DNA of 56,110 nt from Bdellovibrionales bacterium (GCA_023299885.1 JALZUS010000055.1:1-56110), one strand, 5' to 3'. Shown: positions 44,920 through 54,848, counted from the stretch's first letter. Notes: a model not told the origin generated them from the sequence alone. A program made the numbers and translations.

Positions 44920-47910
44920 TTATTTAATTTTACTTCTAAAAATTATATCAAAATTTGGATATGGAGCTGATCCCGAAGATCCACTCATGACACCTGTTGG
45001 TGCGGCCTGAATACCTTTTACCGCTTCATCAAAACCATTAGCATCTGGTACTGGCGTGTAGTTATAAGGCGCGCCCCCACCCACTTGGTTAGAGTACCTG
45101 ACATCAGTAGAAAAGTTAAAATTGAGGCCGCTACTCGGAGAGCCGTCATTAAACCTAACTGGTGTTGGGCCACCAGAACAAGTATTTGCCACACACATTA
45201 TCATTCTTGGTGGCAACGGGTCTGTAACTATAACAGAGCTATTGTCTGGACTCGCTTCCCCTTCGTTTCGAGTATTAATTATATATTCAATAGCAGAGCC
45301 TGGTATACGAAGCGGGCTTACAGTCCCTCTAACGGGATCAGAAATTAACACATTTAATTTCGTCGCTTTAATATCAACTACAGCATCAGTAATATTAAAT
45401 ACGCCTGCATGAGTATGAGTGATTGTACCCTCGGTACCTTCTTCTGCTGTAACAGTGTAAGACCACTGGCCTATAGCTGAAGTTGTTGCACTTGCGTATG
45501 GAAACTCATAAGTTTTAATAGCAAGGCCAGAGTCATTAACCTCAGTCATTAACTGATTATTTACTACAACATTACCAAGAGGATCTCTTATCGTTATCCT
45601 GGCAGCCGTAATATCGTAACTACCAAATGGGTCTGAAACATCAGACCTAAGATAAATTGTACTACCAGGAGTAAAATTTTGAGACAGCGCCCCAGCACCA
45701 AAAGCCGCATCATAAGCTTCTGTATTTTCAACTTTAATTACAGTGTTTGCATTTAAGTTAATCCTAAAGTTAACACCAACTCTTACCTCTCTATAGCGAA
45801 TTCTTTCTGCGACAGCTGTATTTAAATTTGTAACTCTAAGCCTTAACTGAGAACCTACAGGTATATTTACGGCCGAATTAAGGTCAATACCAAAGGTTAA
45901 AGTTTGCCAAGCACTACCGTTAGCAGAGTCATAAACGATTGTATCTGTACCAATAACACCAGCCGAAGAAGGGCCAACATAATCTAGTATAACTTCAACT
46001 GTCCTTACTGTCCCGGCCCCAGTCTCTCTCAGCTGAACAGGTATTGTAATTACTCCTGCACCCAACTCTAAATCCGTTTGCAGGGCCGGGCTTAAAGTAT
46101 ACAAACGATTGGCTCCACCATTAAGAATAATGTTTGTAGTGCTATTATTCACTAACCTATGGAGCACCCGACCTCCATTATCTTCTACATAAAGCTGTTT
46201 AACGCCCGAGTTAGGTACTAGTGATGGTGAAACGACAACACTAAAAGTTGATGGTGAAGCAGAAGACCCAATAGGCTCTCGCAAATCTGCAGTATTTGAA
46301 AAAGTATCCCCAGGGCTTACAACACCTAATACTGATAAATTAAAAACAACATCGACAGTAGAATTTCCAGGGACTGATATATTATCAATAGCCAATAAGC
46401 CATTACCATTAGGCCCCGTACCATTACCTGTAGAGTTATTCACAGCACCAGGAGGCAAACTCACTACACTTAAGTTTCCAAGTGCCGCCGGGATATTATC
46501 CCTTAACTGAGCTGCTGCGGCTCCTGCCGAGCTTGTATTAATTAAGCTCACTTTAAATTGTAATACATCACCAACATTCACTTCACCATTATTAATATCT
46601 TCAAAAGTCTTTGTACTTGTTGATATATCTGGGGCTATTAAATCGACTGTATCTGTTGCCCTGTTATTGTTTGTTATGTTGTCAAAATTAGTCCCTCTAA
46701 CTTCTGCTGTGTTTTGAAACTGAGGATATAAAGAGTTTTCTGGTACAACAGTCAAAGTAATAGGCGCAAAATCAGCATCATCGGCAACAACTTGAGTGCT
46801 TGTACAATTAACTGCTGGAGCTACAAAGTTACAGGTCCAGCCGGGGCCAGTTGCAGCCACATAATTTAAACCTGCAGGCAGCTCATCTCTAACAGTCGTA
46901 GTGCCTGACGTAGTACTCGGGCCATTGTTAGTTACTATGATATTAAAATCATTTTCTTCATTAAGGTTAAAATCACCATTATGTGTTTTTGAAAGAGTTA
47001 AATCACTCACCGGTGTATTTGTATTTAAAAAAGCTTGCACACCCAGCAAGACCAGGTCTTCACCAGCACTAAATGTTGATGTTGCACTTGTGTCCCCTGC
47101 AGACAGCACACTACTAATATCGTATTCATCCCAATCTATGCTGTAAAAGTCATTGCTAGTGCCATAAGTGTTAATTGTCGAGTTATACTGAGCATTAATC
47201 GGGTTTGCCGGGTTTGTCATAACTAGGCCGTTAGCAAAGATATTCTCAGTAAAGCCATTAAGAGCAGCAGAGTTTCCAGTGTCGCCTTCCCAAGAAAGAA
47301 CAGCAATCCTACCGCTTATTGGCGACGTAGGGATAACAAAATTATTAGGAGTAAAAATAACAGAGCTTCCACGAAAAAACTCCATACCATCATAAATATT
47401 AAAAACCCTTAAGTCTTCATTTGTGTTTTCATAAAGAACCAACAAAGCAAAACCAGAAAAAACAGCAGAAACAGCACAATGAGGTGCGCCAGTATTAACT
47501 TCTAGGCTACTTATTGAATAGCTACCATTTCCTGGCACTGAAGTTGTCACATCAGCATAGTTTTGCCAAAAATCATAGTCAGTCCCATTAAAAACAAAAG
47601 TATCTGAAAAACTTCTTTCTGCATTTACTGTACTTCCAGCAAAGGTCACTGTGTCATCAGAAGTAGATCCACTGCCACCCCAGTACAAATAAACTTTTTT
47701 AATTACAGAGCCAGCAGGAACACCTTCTACGTCAGCACTCACCGGACCAGTCGTTACAGCACAAGCATCCGTAGCGCTTGTTCTTAACGTGTTACCTGCA
47801 GTGACAAAGTTGATATTACCAGCAAAGGTTTCAAAAAAAGCAACCTGGTCAGCATAAGAAGAGGTAGCCATTAAAAAAGATAAAGTTATAAATAGCACTC
47901 TTAACTTCAT
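44920..47910 (-). CDS. Secreted 996-aa multi-DUF11 (conserved repeat domain) surface protein with a distinct ~290-aa N-terminal domain
   Basis: Signal peptide present. DUF11-type repeats are seen (DLTLSKTHNGDF...IIVTNNGPSTTSGTTTVRDELPAGLNYV and GDVLQFKVSLINTSSAGAAAAQLRDNIPAAL). The C-terminal domain SDPVRGTVSPLRIPGSAIEYIINTRNEG is shared with the 362-aa protein. The ATG overlaps the upstream stop by 1 nt. Confidence 0.75.
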   Translation of the reverse strand: MKLRVLFITLSFLMATSSYADQVAFFETFAGNINFVTAGNTLRTSATDACAVTTGPVSADVEGVPAGSVIKKVYLYWGGSGSTSDDTVTFAGSTVNAERSFSDTFVFNGTDYDFWQNYADVTTSVPGNGSYSISSLEVNTGAPHCAVSAVFSGFALLVLYENTNEDLRVFNIYDGMEFFRGSSVIFTPNNFVIPTSPISGRIAVLSWEGDTGNSAALNGFTENIFANGLVMTNPANPINAQYNSTINTYGTSNDFYSIDWDEYDISSVLSAGDTSATSTFSAGEDLVLLGVQAFLNTNTPVSDLTLSKTHNGDFNLNEENDFNIIVTNNGPSTTSGTTTVRDELPAGLNYVAATGPGWTCNFVAPAVNCTSTQVVADDADFAPITLTVVPENSLYPQFQNTAEVRGTNFDNITNNNRATDTVDLIAPDISTSTKTFEDINNGEVNVGDVLQFKVSLINTSSAGAAAAQLRDNIPAALGNLSVVSLPPGAVNNSTGNGTGPNGNGLLAIDNISVPGNSTVDVVFNLSVLGVVSPGDTFSNTADLREPIGSSASPSTFSVVVSPSLVPNSGVKQLYVEDNGGRVLHRLVNNSTTNIILNGGANRLYTLSPALQTDLELGAGVITIPVQLRETGAGTVRTVEVILDYVGPSSAGVIGTDTIVYDSANGSAWQTLTFGIDLNSAVNIPVGSQLRLRVTNLNTAVAERIRYREVRVGVNFRINLNANTVIKVENTEAYDAAFGAGALSQNFTPGSTIYLRSDVSDPFGSYDITAARITIRDPLGNVVVNNQLMTEVNDSGLAIKTYEFPYASATTSAIGQWSYTVTAEEGTEGTITHTHAGVFNITDAVVDIKATKLNVLISDPVRGTVSPLRIPGSAIEYIINTRNEGEASPDNSSVIVTDPLPPRMIMCVANTCSGGPTPVRFNDGSPSSGLNFNFSTDVRYSNQVGGGAPYNYTPVPDANGFDEAVKGIQAAPTGVMSGSSGSAPYPNFDIIFRSKIK

Positions 47911-50900
47911 TAGTTCACCCCTTCTTTATCTAAAATTGTAAACTCAAGATTTGCATTTGTGTAGACCCAATCTGTAGTTTTAATAGACGCTTCTTTTTCT
48001 ATTGCCTCAAACAATGGAAGCTCCAAAATTACAGGCTCTATTTTTTCATAATCAGGAAGCTCTAAAATCATTGGTAAAACTCTGGCCGGAAGCCTTGCCG
48101 GTGGAGGCACAAATTTATCATGATCTTCACAATCTTCCTCTAGATGCTCTTTTTGCTCTTTACTGTCTAAACCAAAAGTAGATTCATCAAAACGCAACCT
48201 TAACTTAATAAAAACACCTTGGTTTGTGTATTGAGCAGCATCAAAGTCTTTATCTGTAAATCCAGTAAAGTTATAGCCCAAAGATATCCAAGTGTTTTTA
48301 GCTGGACTCACACCAATCGATGGTCCAATAGCATACTCATGAATATTCGCTTCCCAAGAGTTTAAGGCGTAGGCATGTAAGCCTAAGTCAAAAGACTTGC
48401 CAATGAAGTGCCTTGCTTCAAAGCCTACAATATCTGTAAATGACTTAAATTTTTCATTATCAAACTGATCCTGGTTTAACTTAAAACCATAGTAAAAAGA
48501 CCACTGAAAGCGGCGATCTGCAGACAGCCTATTAAGATTAAAGTTATTAACAAGAGCTAAAGACTTAAAGTCTGTGTCTCCAGTAAAAGTGGTTTCACCT
48601 AATAAGTTTCGAGAATTCGGATTTTGAACATCTTCACTTTTAATTGTTAGCTTATTAAGTAGCGACCACTTACTTTTTAAAGGCCTATAAGCTATAGAGA
48701 AATCGGTCTGCAAAGATTGAGCCTTAGAATCTTTATTAAAAAATGACTGTAAATATTGGGTCCTTGCAGACACAACAACACCTTTATTTAGCTCATGGCT
48801 TAATTGTGACTGAAGGCCGTAACGTGTTTCTTCTTCGCCAAACCTTGTCTCACCACGAATATTCCAAGCCCAGTCTTCTTTTTTATAATGAAAGCCTAAA
48901 GCTCCACTTTTATAATCTTCAGTAAAGCCAGTATCGCCTAAAAAGCCACCAACACTATTTGGTAACGAGCTATCAATACCTGGTGTACTCTCTTGATTTT
49001 GAGACAGAGTCTCTGCAATATCAAAAGCAAGGTCCATTCTCCAGTGGGCGCTAAGAGTAATATTTTGCGTTAAACCCAAGTTAGAAAAACTTCTAGTACC
49101 TGACTCACTAAACTCTTGATTCACACCAGACTTAATTTTAGCACCAGCCCAAGGCGAGCTTTCTACACCAAATTTTGTAGTGTATAAGTCTCTAAACTGA
49201 CCTTGTGAAAACTCTTGGCCTAACACTAATCTTGTTTTAGGAGATAACTTATAACCAAGCTGCACAGCATACCTATCGGGAAAGTCTTGGCTTTGCAGGC
49301 TATCTTCTTGAATGTTTTTCTCTACACGAGCCTCAAGCTCATATTTACTTCCCAACCAATTTTTTCTTAAAGAGCCAATAGCTTGAGTAGAGTTAGACTC
49401 TATTAAACCGACCTCTTCTTTTACGTTTCTAGCTCCAAGCGCAATTTGATAGCTTTTTTCTTGAAATTTTAACTGCCCTTCAACAGACTCTCTTGAACTC
49501 CCCGTATCAAACAATGCATCATCGTAAAGTAGTTCTGCTCCCCAGCGTTCAGAGAAATTATATCTTGCACTTAGACCATATTTTTTTGTGCCTCTATCAG
49601 CAACAGACTCTTGTCCAAGGCCATATGCAGACTCAATATCTTGAGTGTATACGTTAACATCAAAACTTTTAGATTTATGCTTTAGCTCGGCCCTAAAAGC
49701 ACTTCCTAATTCATTAATTAAGCCTCTATCGCTTTCACCAAATTCTAAACCTACAGATGTCTTATTGTTAAAGTAATAAGTAGCATCTAAAGCGCTTAAT
49801 GTATTTGTTTCAGCATCCTCTTCTTCTCTTATATGACTAGCACCAATTTTTAATTTTTGATTTAATAATTTTAACTCTAAACGACCACCAGCAATTATAT
49901 CTTTGCTGCTAACACCTTCTGTTTCAAACTCAACAATAATAAACCTAGGGTTACCATTAAAGTCTCTTGCCTGATAATCCTCAATATTTTTAAAGTTTAT
50001 AACACCATTCAAAAAGTCTATATTGTAGTCTAAATAACGAGTCAGCACTTTAGAAGAGATAATTTTACTAGCATTAAATTTATCTCTTACCTCTATTCTT
50101 ACCTGATCAGAGTTAAATTGAACCGGCGCTTTATTAAGTCTTAAGTTTCCAAAACCAGAGGCCATGGTTTCAAACCTTTGGTAGCTACTATCAGCTTCAG
50201 TTCCAAAAACTTTAAATCCTATAACTTTTCCATCATACTCTGTCTTAACACCAGTAAAAGCACGATTATAACGAGCAAGTGTTGTATCGACTAGCCCAGC
50301 TTCATAATCACCAAATAAAGCATAAAACTTCGACTTTTCTATTCTTAAATAAAGCTTTTCACGGCTTGCAGCCTCTCTACGCTGAGTGGTCTGGTCGCCA
50401 TAAACTGTATAGTAACGGTCAGGATCAATAGCAGAGCCAAACTCATCATCTACTTGCTGTTTTCTACTGTCATAAGCAATTGTAGCTATCCATTCACCTT
50501 TAATCCTACCTCTTGCATAAAATTTTGCTTGAGAATCAAAGTCAGTATTTTCAGATTTTTCAGTATTTGACTTTAGAGTTTCAAAACCAACAGCTCCCTC
50601 TACAAAGCCAATAACCACCCATTCTTTTGCAACCGGCTTTAACCATGTCTTATACTCTTGGCTAGAGTTACCCACATGAGCCGTCACTCGCACTTCACCA
50701 ATCTCATTAGTTGGCGAAAGGGTTACATAAGCTGTACCTTCATCATCAGAAACAACCATTTCAGCGTTTTGAGGGTTTAATGTTTGCAGCTCGTCTTTTA
50801 ACAAGGCTTCTTCGGTATTTAAAGGTAAAAATGGTGAATTCACACTATAAGCTATTTTAACGCCTTTTCTTACAGGCTTATTTTGCTTATCCAAAACTTT

Positions 50901-53216
50901 AAAAGCAATTTTTATTGGCTTAATACCATCAGCATCTAAAAATGATTTCTCTTCTAAAATCTCTAGGCGGTCAGCATAGTTAGAGAAAAAGACGCTTCTT
51001 GTTTCACGCATTGCGATCTGCCCTTTTGAGTCTCTTACTTTTATTTCAATTAAGTTTTCGCCTTCTTCTACAGGGATAGAGCTCCACTGACTAACAGCCA
51101 CCCCTGTCCTTTTATCTTTATGTACTCTTTCAAAAAAGAGCGGGCTTACTTTTTTAGAATTTAATTTTATAGACACTGTGTCTGTCAGTAAATGCTTAAT
51201 GGCAACAACAGTCCCAGGGCTTCTTAAGTTTTTATTAGCTACAGGAAACAACCAACTTCTTCCTTTAGCCTGGCCTTGCAGCCAATCCTTACCAATACCA
51301 TTGATTTCTTTTTTAGCATCAAGCTCTATAATTTTTATTTCTCTATTTTCATCAAGCTTTACTTCTGAACCATGCTTAGCTCCTGAATCTTTTGCCAAAC
51401 ATGAACCCGTCTTTTTAGCATAAAAGACAACTCTCCATAATGACCCTGCCTGTAAATCAACAAATTGAGAGTTATGCTTTTTACCAGTACAGCTTGTTGG
51501 GCTACATTCTTGAAAGCGATAGCCTTCTGGCAAAGAAGAATCTATAGCTCTTACAACATGAGTCCCAGGAGTTACATCTTGAAAATGAAAACGACCATCC
51601 CTGTCTGTCACTACAGATGTACCGTCTTCCATATAGACTTTTACATTAGCTAAACCTTCAGATTTTAATAGCGGGTTTTTACAATCTTTAACGTCTAAAA
51701 CTTCACCTATGATTGTAGCTTGGTTTGTTAAGAATGGGCTTCTAATAGTAACCACAGCTTTAGCCTTATTACTTAGTAACCCATTAGCACTTCTTGCAAC
51801 AGCCACGTTTACTGCATCACCTATCGGAGTGACAGCTGTGACTTCAGAAATATAAGTTACATTCACTGAGTCCCCTGGAGATAAATCACCCACGGCAATA
51901 TCAAACCCATTATGCCTTAACTCTAAGTTAGAGCTATTAGCAGCAACTCCATCTACTTTCACTGACTCAGGTTTTAATTTAAAACCTCTTGGAAAGTTAT
52001 CTGTAATTGTAGCTGCTAAAGCTGTATTTGCAGAGCTGTTTGAAAGCCTTAAAGTGTATAAAATAAAATCGCCTAACAAAGCCTGTGACTGTTGAGCTAT
52101 TTTTGTTAACACCAAATCTGTCCCGAAAGGATCTACAGGTATATCAATATTTAATGCTGGCCCAGCACTCACATTAAATACTTCACCCCTCAAACCACCC
52201 TCTAAAGAGTAACTGTCTCCATTGGAGTCCGTTAAGTTAGCCAGTACAGAATCAGTTACCTGAGTTGGGAACTGATAACTTGGCGGCAAGCTTTCAACTT
52301 CTAAACGATAATCACCTGGTGGTATTAACGGAAACCTATAGCCTCCGACAGGCATAGTATATGTATTTAACCCCACAGTAAAAGTAGATCCCGTTATAAT
52401 TTCAAAAGGATAAGGCGTCACACCATCATCATCAAAAACAGTTGCTGGAGAACCATCTACAGCATTAACTAAGCGGACTAGAACATTATCTACCTCAATG
52501 CCTGTCGTAGAATCGTAAACTGTGCCAAAAGGGTCTACTAAAACATTGGCAATAGTAGTATCTGTTGGGAAATCTGCATCTATATAATCAACCGTAATTT
52601 GGCTGTTAATCTCTAAACTCAATTGGCAATCATTAGCTTGCACCGCAGGGGGCACTCTTAAACTTTGAATACTTCCGACAAAAAACCCAGAATCTACTGT
52701 AGTCTCACGGAGTCTTAATCTTTCGCTATCGCCATTACTTGTATTAATTTCTATTTCAATAGATTCCCTAAAGTTAGGGTCTTTATTTCTGTTAAGGTCA
52801 GTTAAACCTACAAAAATTGGCTCTGAAATATGGTAAGCCGTTGCAATATTTAAATCTATAGGGCTTAAGGTGTCTATAGCGTCACCATTAGAAGCTGTCG
52901 GCAATGGAGCATCAATAAATTGTCCACCACTAAAGCATTGTGTACCATTTGAAAAAACAGTCTCATCGCCACCGCTTGGTGTATAATGATAAAAAGTCAC
53001 TTCAGAAGGTGACGGCTCTGGTAAAACCGAAGCCGTTACAGTATTTGAAAGTATAGTTTGGCTGTTTGAGTTTGCATCAACAAAACTCAAAGTTGCCGTA
53101 TTTTCAATTGTTTGAGACATAGCTAAAGATGGGCTTATAAAGCCCAATAACAAGACCAAAAGGCATAGCTGAGCTACACCCTTTAATTTGTTAATTTTTT
53201 CTTTAGCTAATTTCAT
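47910..53216 (-). CDS. Giant (~1768 aa) secreted protein: N-terminal Ig-like/DUF11/prealbumin-like passenger domains, a Big_1-like domain, a very large putative C-terminal outer-membrane beta-barrel and a ~90-aa tail
   Basis: Signal peptide ending SLAMSQ. DUF11 repeat DLVLTKIAQQSQALLGDFILYTLRLSNSS...ITDNFPRGF. CarboxypepD_reg/Cna-B-like segments (VRLVNAVDGSP...GDYRLEV and VKVYMEDGTSVVTDRDGRFHFQDVTPGTHVV). Big_1-like VVSDDEGTAYVTLSPTNEIGEVRVTAHVG. About 850 aa with an alternating aromatic/hydrophobic strand pattern end in GVFIKLRLRF. ATG 53216 has an upstream AAGGA (TTG 53219 is the alternative). Confidence 0.7.
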   Translation of the reverse strand: MKLAKEKINKLKGVAQLCLLVLLLGFISPSLAMSQTIENTATLSFVDANSNSQTILSNTVTASVLPEPSPSEVTFYHYTPSGGDETVFSNGTQCFSGGQFIDAPLPTASNGDAIDTLSPIDLNIATAYHISEPIFVGLTDLNRNKDPNFRESIEIEINTSNGDSERLRLRETTVDSGFFVGSIQSLRVPPAVQANDCQLSLEINSQITVDYIDADFPTDTTIANVLVDPFGTVYDSTTGIEVDNVLVRLVNAVDGSPATVFDDDGVTPYPFEIITGSTFTVGLNTYTMPVGGYRFPLIPPGDYRLEVESLPPSYQFPTQVTDSVLANLTDSNGDSYSLEGGLRGEVFNVSAGPALNIDIPVDPFGTDLVLTKIAQQSQALLGDFILYTLRLSNSSANTALAATITDNFPRGFKLKPESVKVDGVAANSSNLELRHNGFDIAVGDLSPGDSVNVTYISEVTAVTPIGDAVNVAVARSANGLLSNKAKAVVTIRSPFLTNQATIIGEVLDVKDCKNPLLKSEGLANVKVYMEDGTSVVTDRDGRFHFQDVTPGTHVVRAIDSSLPEGYRFQECSPTSCTGKKHNSQFVDLQAGSLWRVVFYAKKTGSCLAKDSGAKHGSEVKLDENREIKIIELDAKKEINGIGKDWLQGQAKGRSWLFPVANKNLRSPGTVVAIKHLLTDTVSIKLNSKKVSPLFFERVHKDKRTGVAVSQWSSIPVEEGENLIEIKVRDSKGQIAMRETRSVFFSNYADRLEILEEKSFLDADGIKPIKIAFKVLDKQNKPVRKGVKIAYSVNSPFLPLNTEEALLKDELQTLNPQNAEMVVSDDEGTAYVTLSPTNEIGEVRVTAHVGNSSQEYKTWLKPVAKEWVVIGFVEGAVGFETLKSNTEKSENTDFDSQAKFYARGRIKGEWIATIAYDSRKQQVDDEFGSAIDPDRYYTVYGDQTTQRREAASREKLYLRIEKSKFYALFGDYEAGLVDTTLARYNRAFTGVKTEYDGKVIGFKVFGTEADSSYQRFETMASGFGNLRLNKAPVQFNSDQVRIEVRDKFNASKIISSKVLTRYLDYNIDFLNGVINFKNIEDYQARDFNGNPRFIIVEFETEGVSSKDIIAGGRLELKLLNQKLKIGASHIREEEDAETNTLSALDATYYFNNKTSVGLEFGESDRGLINELGSAFRAELKHKSKSFDVNVYTQDIESAYGLGQESVADRGTKKYGLSARYNFSERWGAELLYDDALFDTGSSRESVEGQLKFQEKSYQIALGARNVKEEVGLIESNSTQAIGSLRKNWLGSKYELEARVEKNIQEDSLQSQDFPDRYAVQLGYKLSPKTRLVLGQEFSQGQFRDLYTTKFGVESSPWAGAKIKSGVNQEFSESGTRSFSNLGLTQNITLSAHWRMDLAFDIAETLSQNQESTPGIDSSLPNSVGGFLGDTGFTEDYKSGALGFHYKKEDWAWNIRGETRFGEEETRYGLQSQLSHELNKGVVVSARTQYLQSFFNKDSKAQSLQTDFSIAYRPLKSKWSLLNKLTIKSEDVQNPNSRNLLGETTFTGDTDFKSLALVNNFNLNRLSADRRFQWSFYYGFKLNQDQFDNEKFKSFTDIVGFEARHFIGKSFDLGLHAYALNSWEANIHEYAIGPSIGVSPAKNTWISLGYNFTGFTDKDFDAAQYTNQGVFIKLRLRFDESTFGLDSKEQKEHLEEDCEDHDKFVPPPARLPARVLPMILELPDYEKIEPVILELPLFEAIEKEASIKTTDWVYTNANLEFTILDKEGVN

Positions 53217-53228
53217 CAATTAAAATCC

Positions 53229-54317
53229 TTAGTCGATAACTACATCGAAAGTAAGAGTTGTAGAAGTTCCGCCACCAGCAAGAGAACCAATAGCTCCTGT
53301 TACTGCGCCTGCCGTTGTTACGCCAAAGTCAGCACCGTTAGGGTCAGATTCATCAGCACCAGCTGTATCATCATCTTCTGCTACACCACCAATTTGGATT
53401 GTCCCAGGGACATATGTAGTATCTGTATCTAGTAAATCGTTTACAACTAAGTTGTCTGCCGCAGCAGCACCATCATTAGTAATGGTAATAGTCCACTTGA
53501 TAGTTGCACCAGGTATTCTTAATGGGTTTGTTGTTCCACGAGTTGGATCACTCACAACTTCTGATGTTTTAACAACAGCAATTTCAGCAGCCACAACTTC
53601 TACAGCACTCAATGCATGCACTTGGCCATCAGTAGCGGCATCACCACCTGTACCAGCAGCGTCAGCAAATAACGTGTCTTCCACATCTTCACCATCAGCA
53701 CCAGAAGCCACTAAAGCAGCACCTTCAGTTGCTGCAGCACCACTTTCAGCAGCAGTTGCTTGCAAGTTGATACCAATAATGTCTTCGTTCACTGCGCTTA
53801 CAGGAACATCAACAACAACAAAGATTTTTACATCAGCACCAGAAGCTAACTCATCTACAAAAGTTAAAGTATCTGTTGCTGGGTCATAAACACCATCACC
53901 GTTATCTACAAAAACCTGAGTGTTAGCAGCATCAATTGTATCTGAACCACCAAAGGCATCTGTTGCTGCAGCCGCCTGATCAACCGCGCTTAAGTTAAAG
54001 TCTAATACATCATTTGAAGTATTCTCTAACGTGTAAGTTAGTACAGAAGCTGAAGCGCCCGAGCTCCCTGGAACGCCTGACACATAAGCCGCATCATCTT
54101 TTACCAAGGTAAAGTTAACTTTTCTATCCACTACAAAGTCTGATGTATTTGAAGTTACCTGTGGCTGAGTTACTCCTCCTACGTCAAACACTACCGTAGC
54201 TGTGTTTTCTACAATCTCACCGGCTGTTGTCTCCTGAGCCCAAAGACTTTTACCAAAGCCTAAACTTAGAACCACAACGGCTGCAAGTTTGCAGACTGTT
54301 GTTTTATTTATTTCCAT
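53229..54317 (-). CDS. Secreted acidic Ala/Gly/Thr/Asp/Val-rich DUF11-like protein (362 aa)
   Basis: Signal peptide present, with a strong GGAGAA Shine-Dalgarno. The N-terminal ENTATVVF motif is present. The C-terminal DUF11-type domain is SDPTRGTTNPLRIPGATIKWTITITNDGAAAADNLVVNDLL. The DNA is visibly more GC-rich than its neighbours. Confidence 0.75.
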   Translation of the reverse strand: MEINKTTVCKLAAVVVLSLGFGKSLWAQETTAGEIVENTATVVFDVGGVTQPQVTSNTSDFVVDRKVNFTLVKDDAAYVSGVPGSSGASASVLTYTLENTSNDVLDFNLSAVDQAAAATDAFGGSDTIDAANTQVFVDNGDGVYDPATDTLTFVDELASGADVKIFVVVDVPVSAVNEDIIGINLQATAAESGAAATEGAALVASGADGEDVEDTLFADAAGTGGDAATDGQVHALSAVEVVAAEIAVVKTSEVVSDPTRGTTNPLRIPGATIKWTITITNDGAAAADNLVVNDLLDTDTTYVPGTIQIGGVAEDDDTAGADESDPNGADFGVTTAGAVTGAIGSLAGGGTSTTLTFDVVID

Positions 54318-54365
54318 ATACGTTCTCCTTTTTTATATTTGTTTATGGTTTTTTATTTAGTTAAA

Positions 54366-54821
54366 TCATTTAAGAAGCGCATAAAATTTTACGCTCCCCT
54401 TCTTTTTTGGTTTAATAGTTTTTGAAACCACCCACCTTACATGAGTGACATCTGTTTTTTTAGCAGGCCTCAGTTTGCCCGATGCTTTTACTTTTAATTG
54501 AGATAAGGCTCCGAATTTTTTACCACCATCGACAGAAACTATGGCTCCATCATCAGCAGATTGAAATACAACTTCTTTTGCAAGCTTGTTGTTGATAATT
54601 ATGTTTGAAGCGTTTTCTTTACCTTTGTTTTCATAACTAATCACATAGGTTAACAAACTTCCAGGGATGACTTTTGTCGCTGGAACTGTTTTTTTAACAA
54701 TTTTTCCGTTTTTCTTTTTCTCTTCTATTTCTACAAAAACTTTATTTGTAAGGGCGATGCTTTGAGCACCAAAAGAGGATGATGCATACAAAACTGCAAA
54801 TGCAAATACTAATTTTTTCAT
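54366..54821 (-). CDS. Small basic secreted single-DUF11-domain protein (~151 aa)
   Basis: ATG 54821 is preceded by AGGAG at 6-nt spacing and gives the signal peptide MKKLVFAFAVLYASSSFGA. DUF11-like VIPGSLLTYVISYENKGKENASNIIINNKL. Lys-rich. Confidence 0.7.
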   Translation of the reverse strand: MKKLVFAFAVLYASSSFGAQSIALTNKVFVEIEEKKKNGKIVKKTVPATKVIPGSLLTYVISYENKGKENASNIIINNKLAKEVVFQSADDGAIVSVDGGKKFGALSQLKVKASGKLRPAKKTDVTHVRWVVSKTIKPKKKGSVKFYALLK

Positions 54822-54848
54822 AAATAACTCCTTTGAAAATAACTTCAC

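Noticed and set aside
53452-53889. 145-aa plus-strand ORF rich in Ala/Ser/Thr/Pro
   Set aside because: It lies entirely antisense to the 362-aa Ala/Gly/Thr/Asp-rich gene. It is a mirror ORF created by that gene's GC-rich biased codons. It has no RBS or signal of its own.
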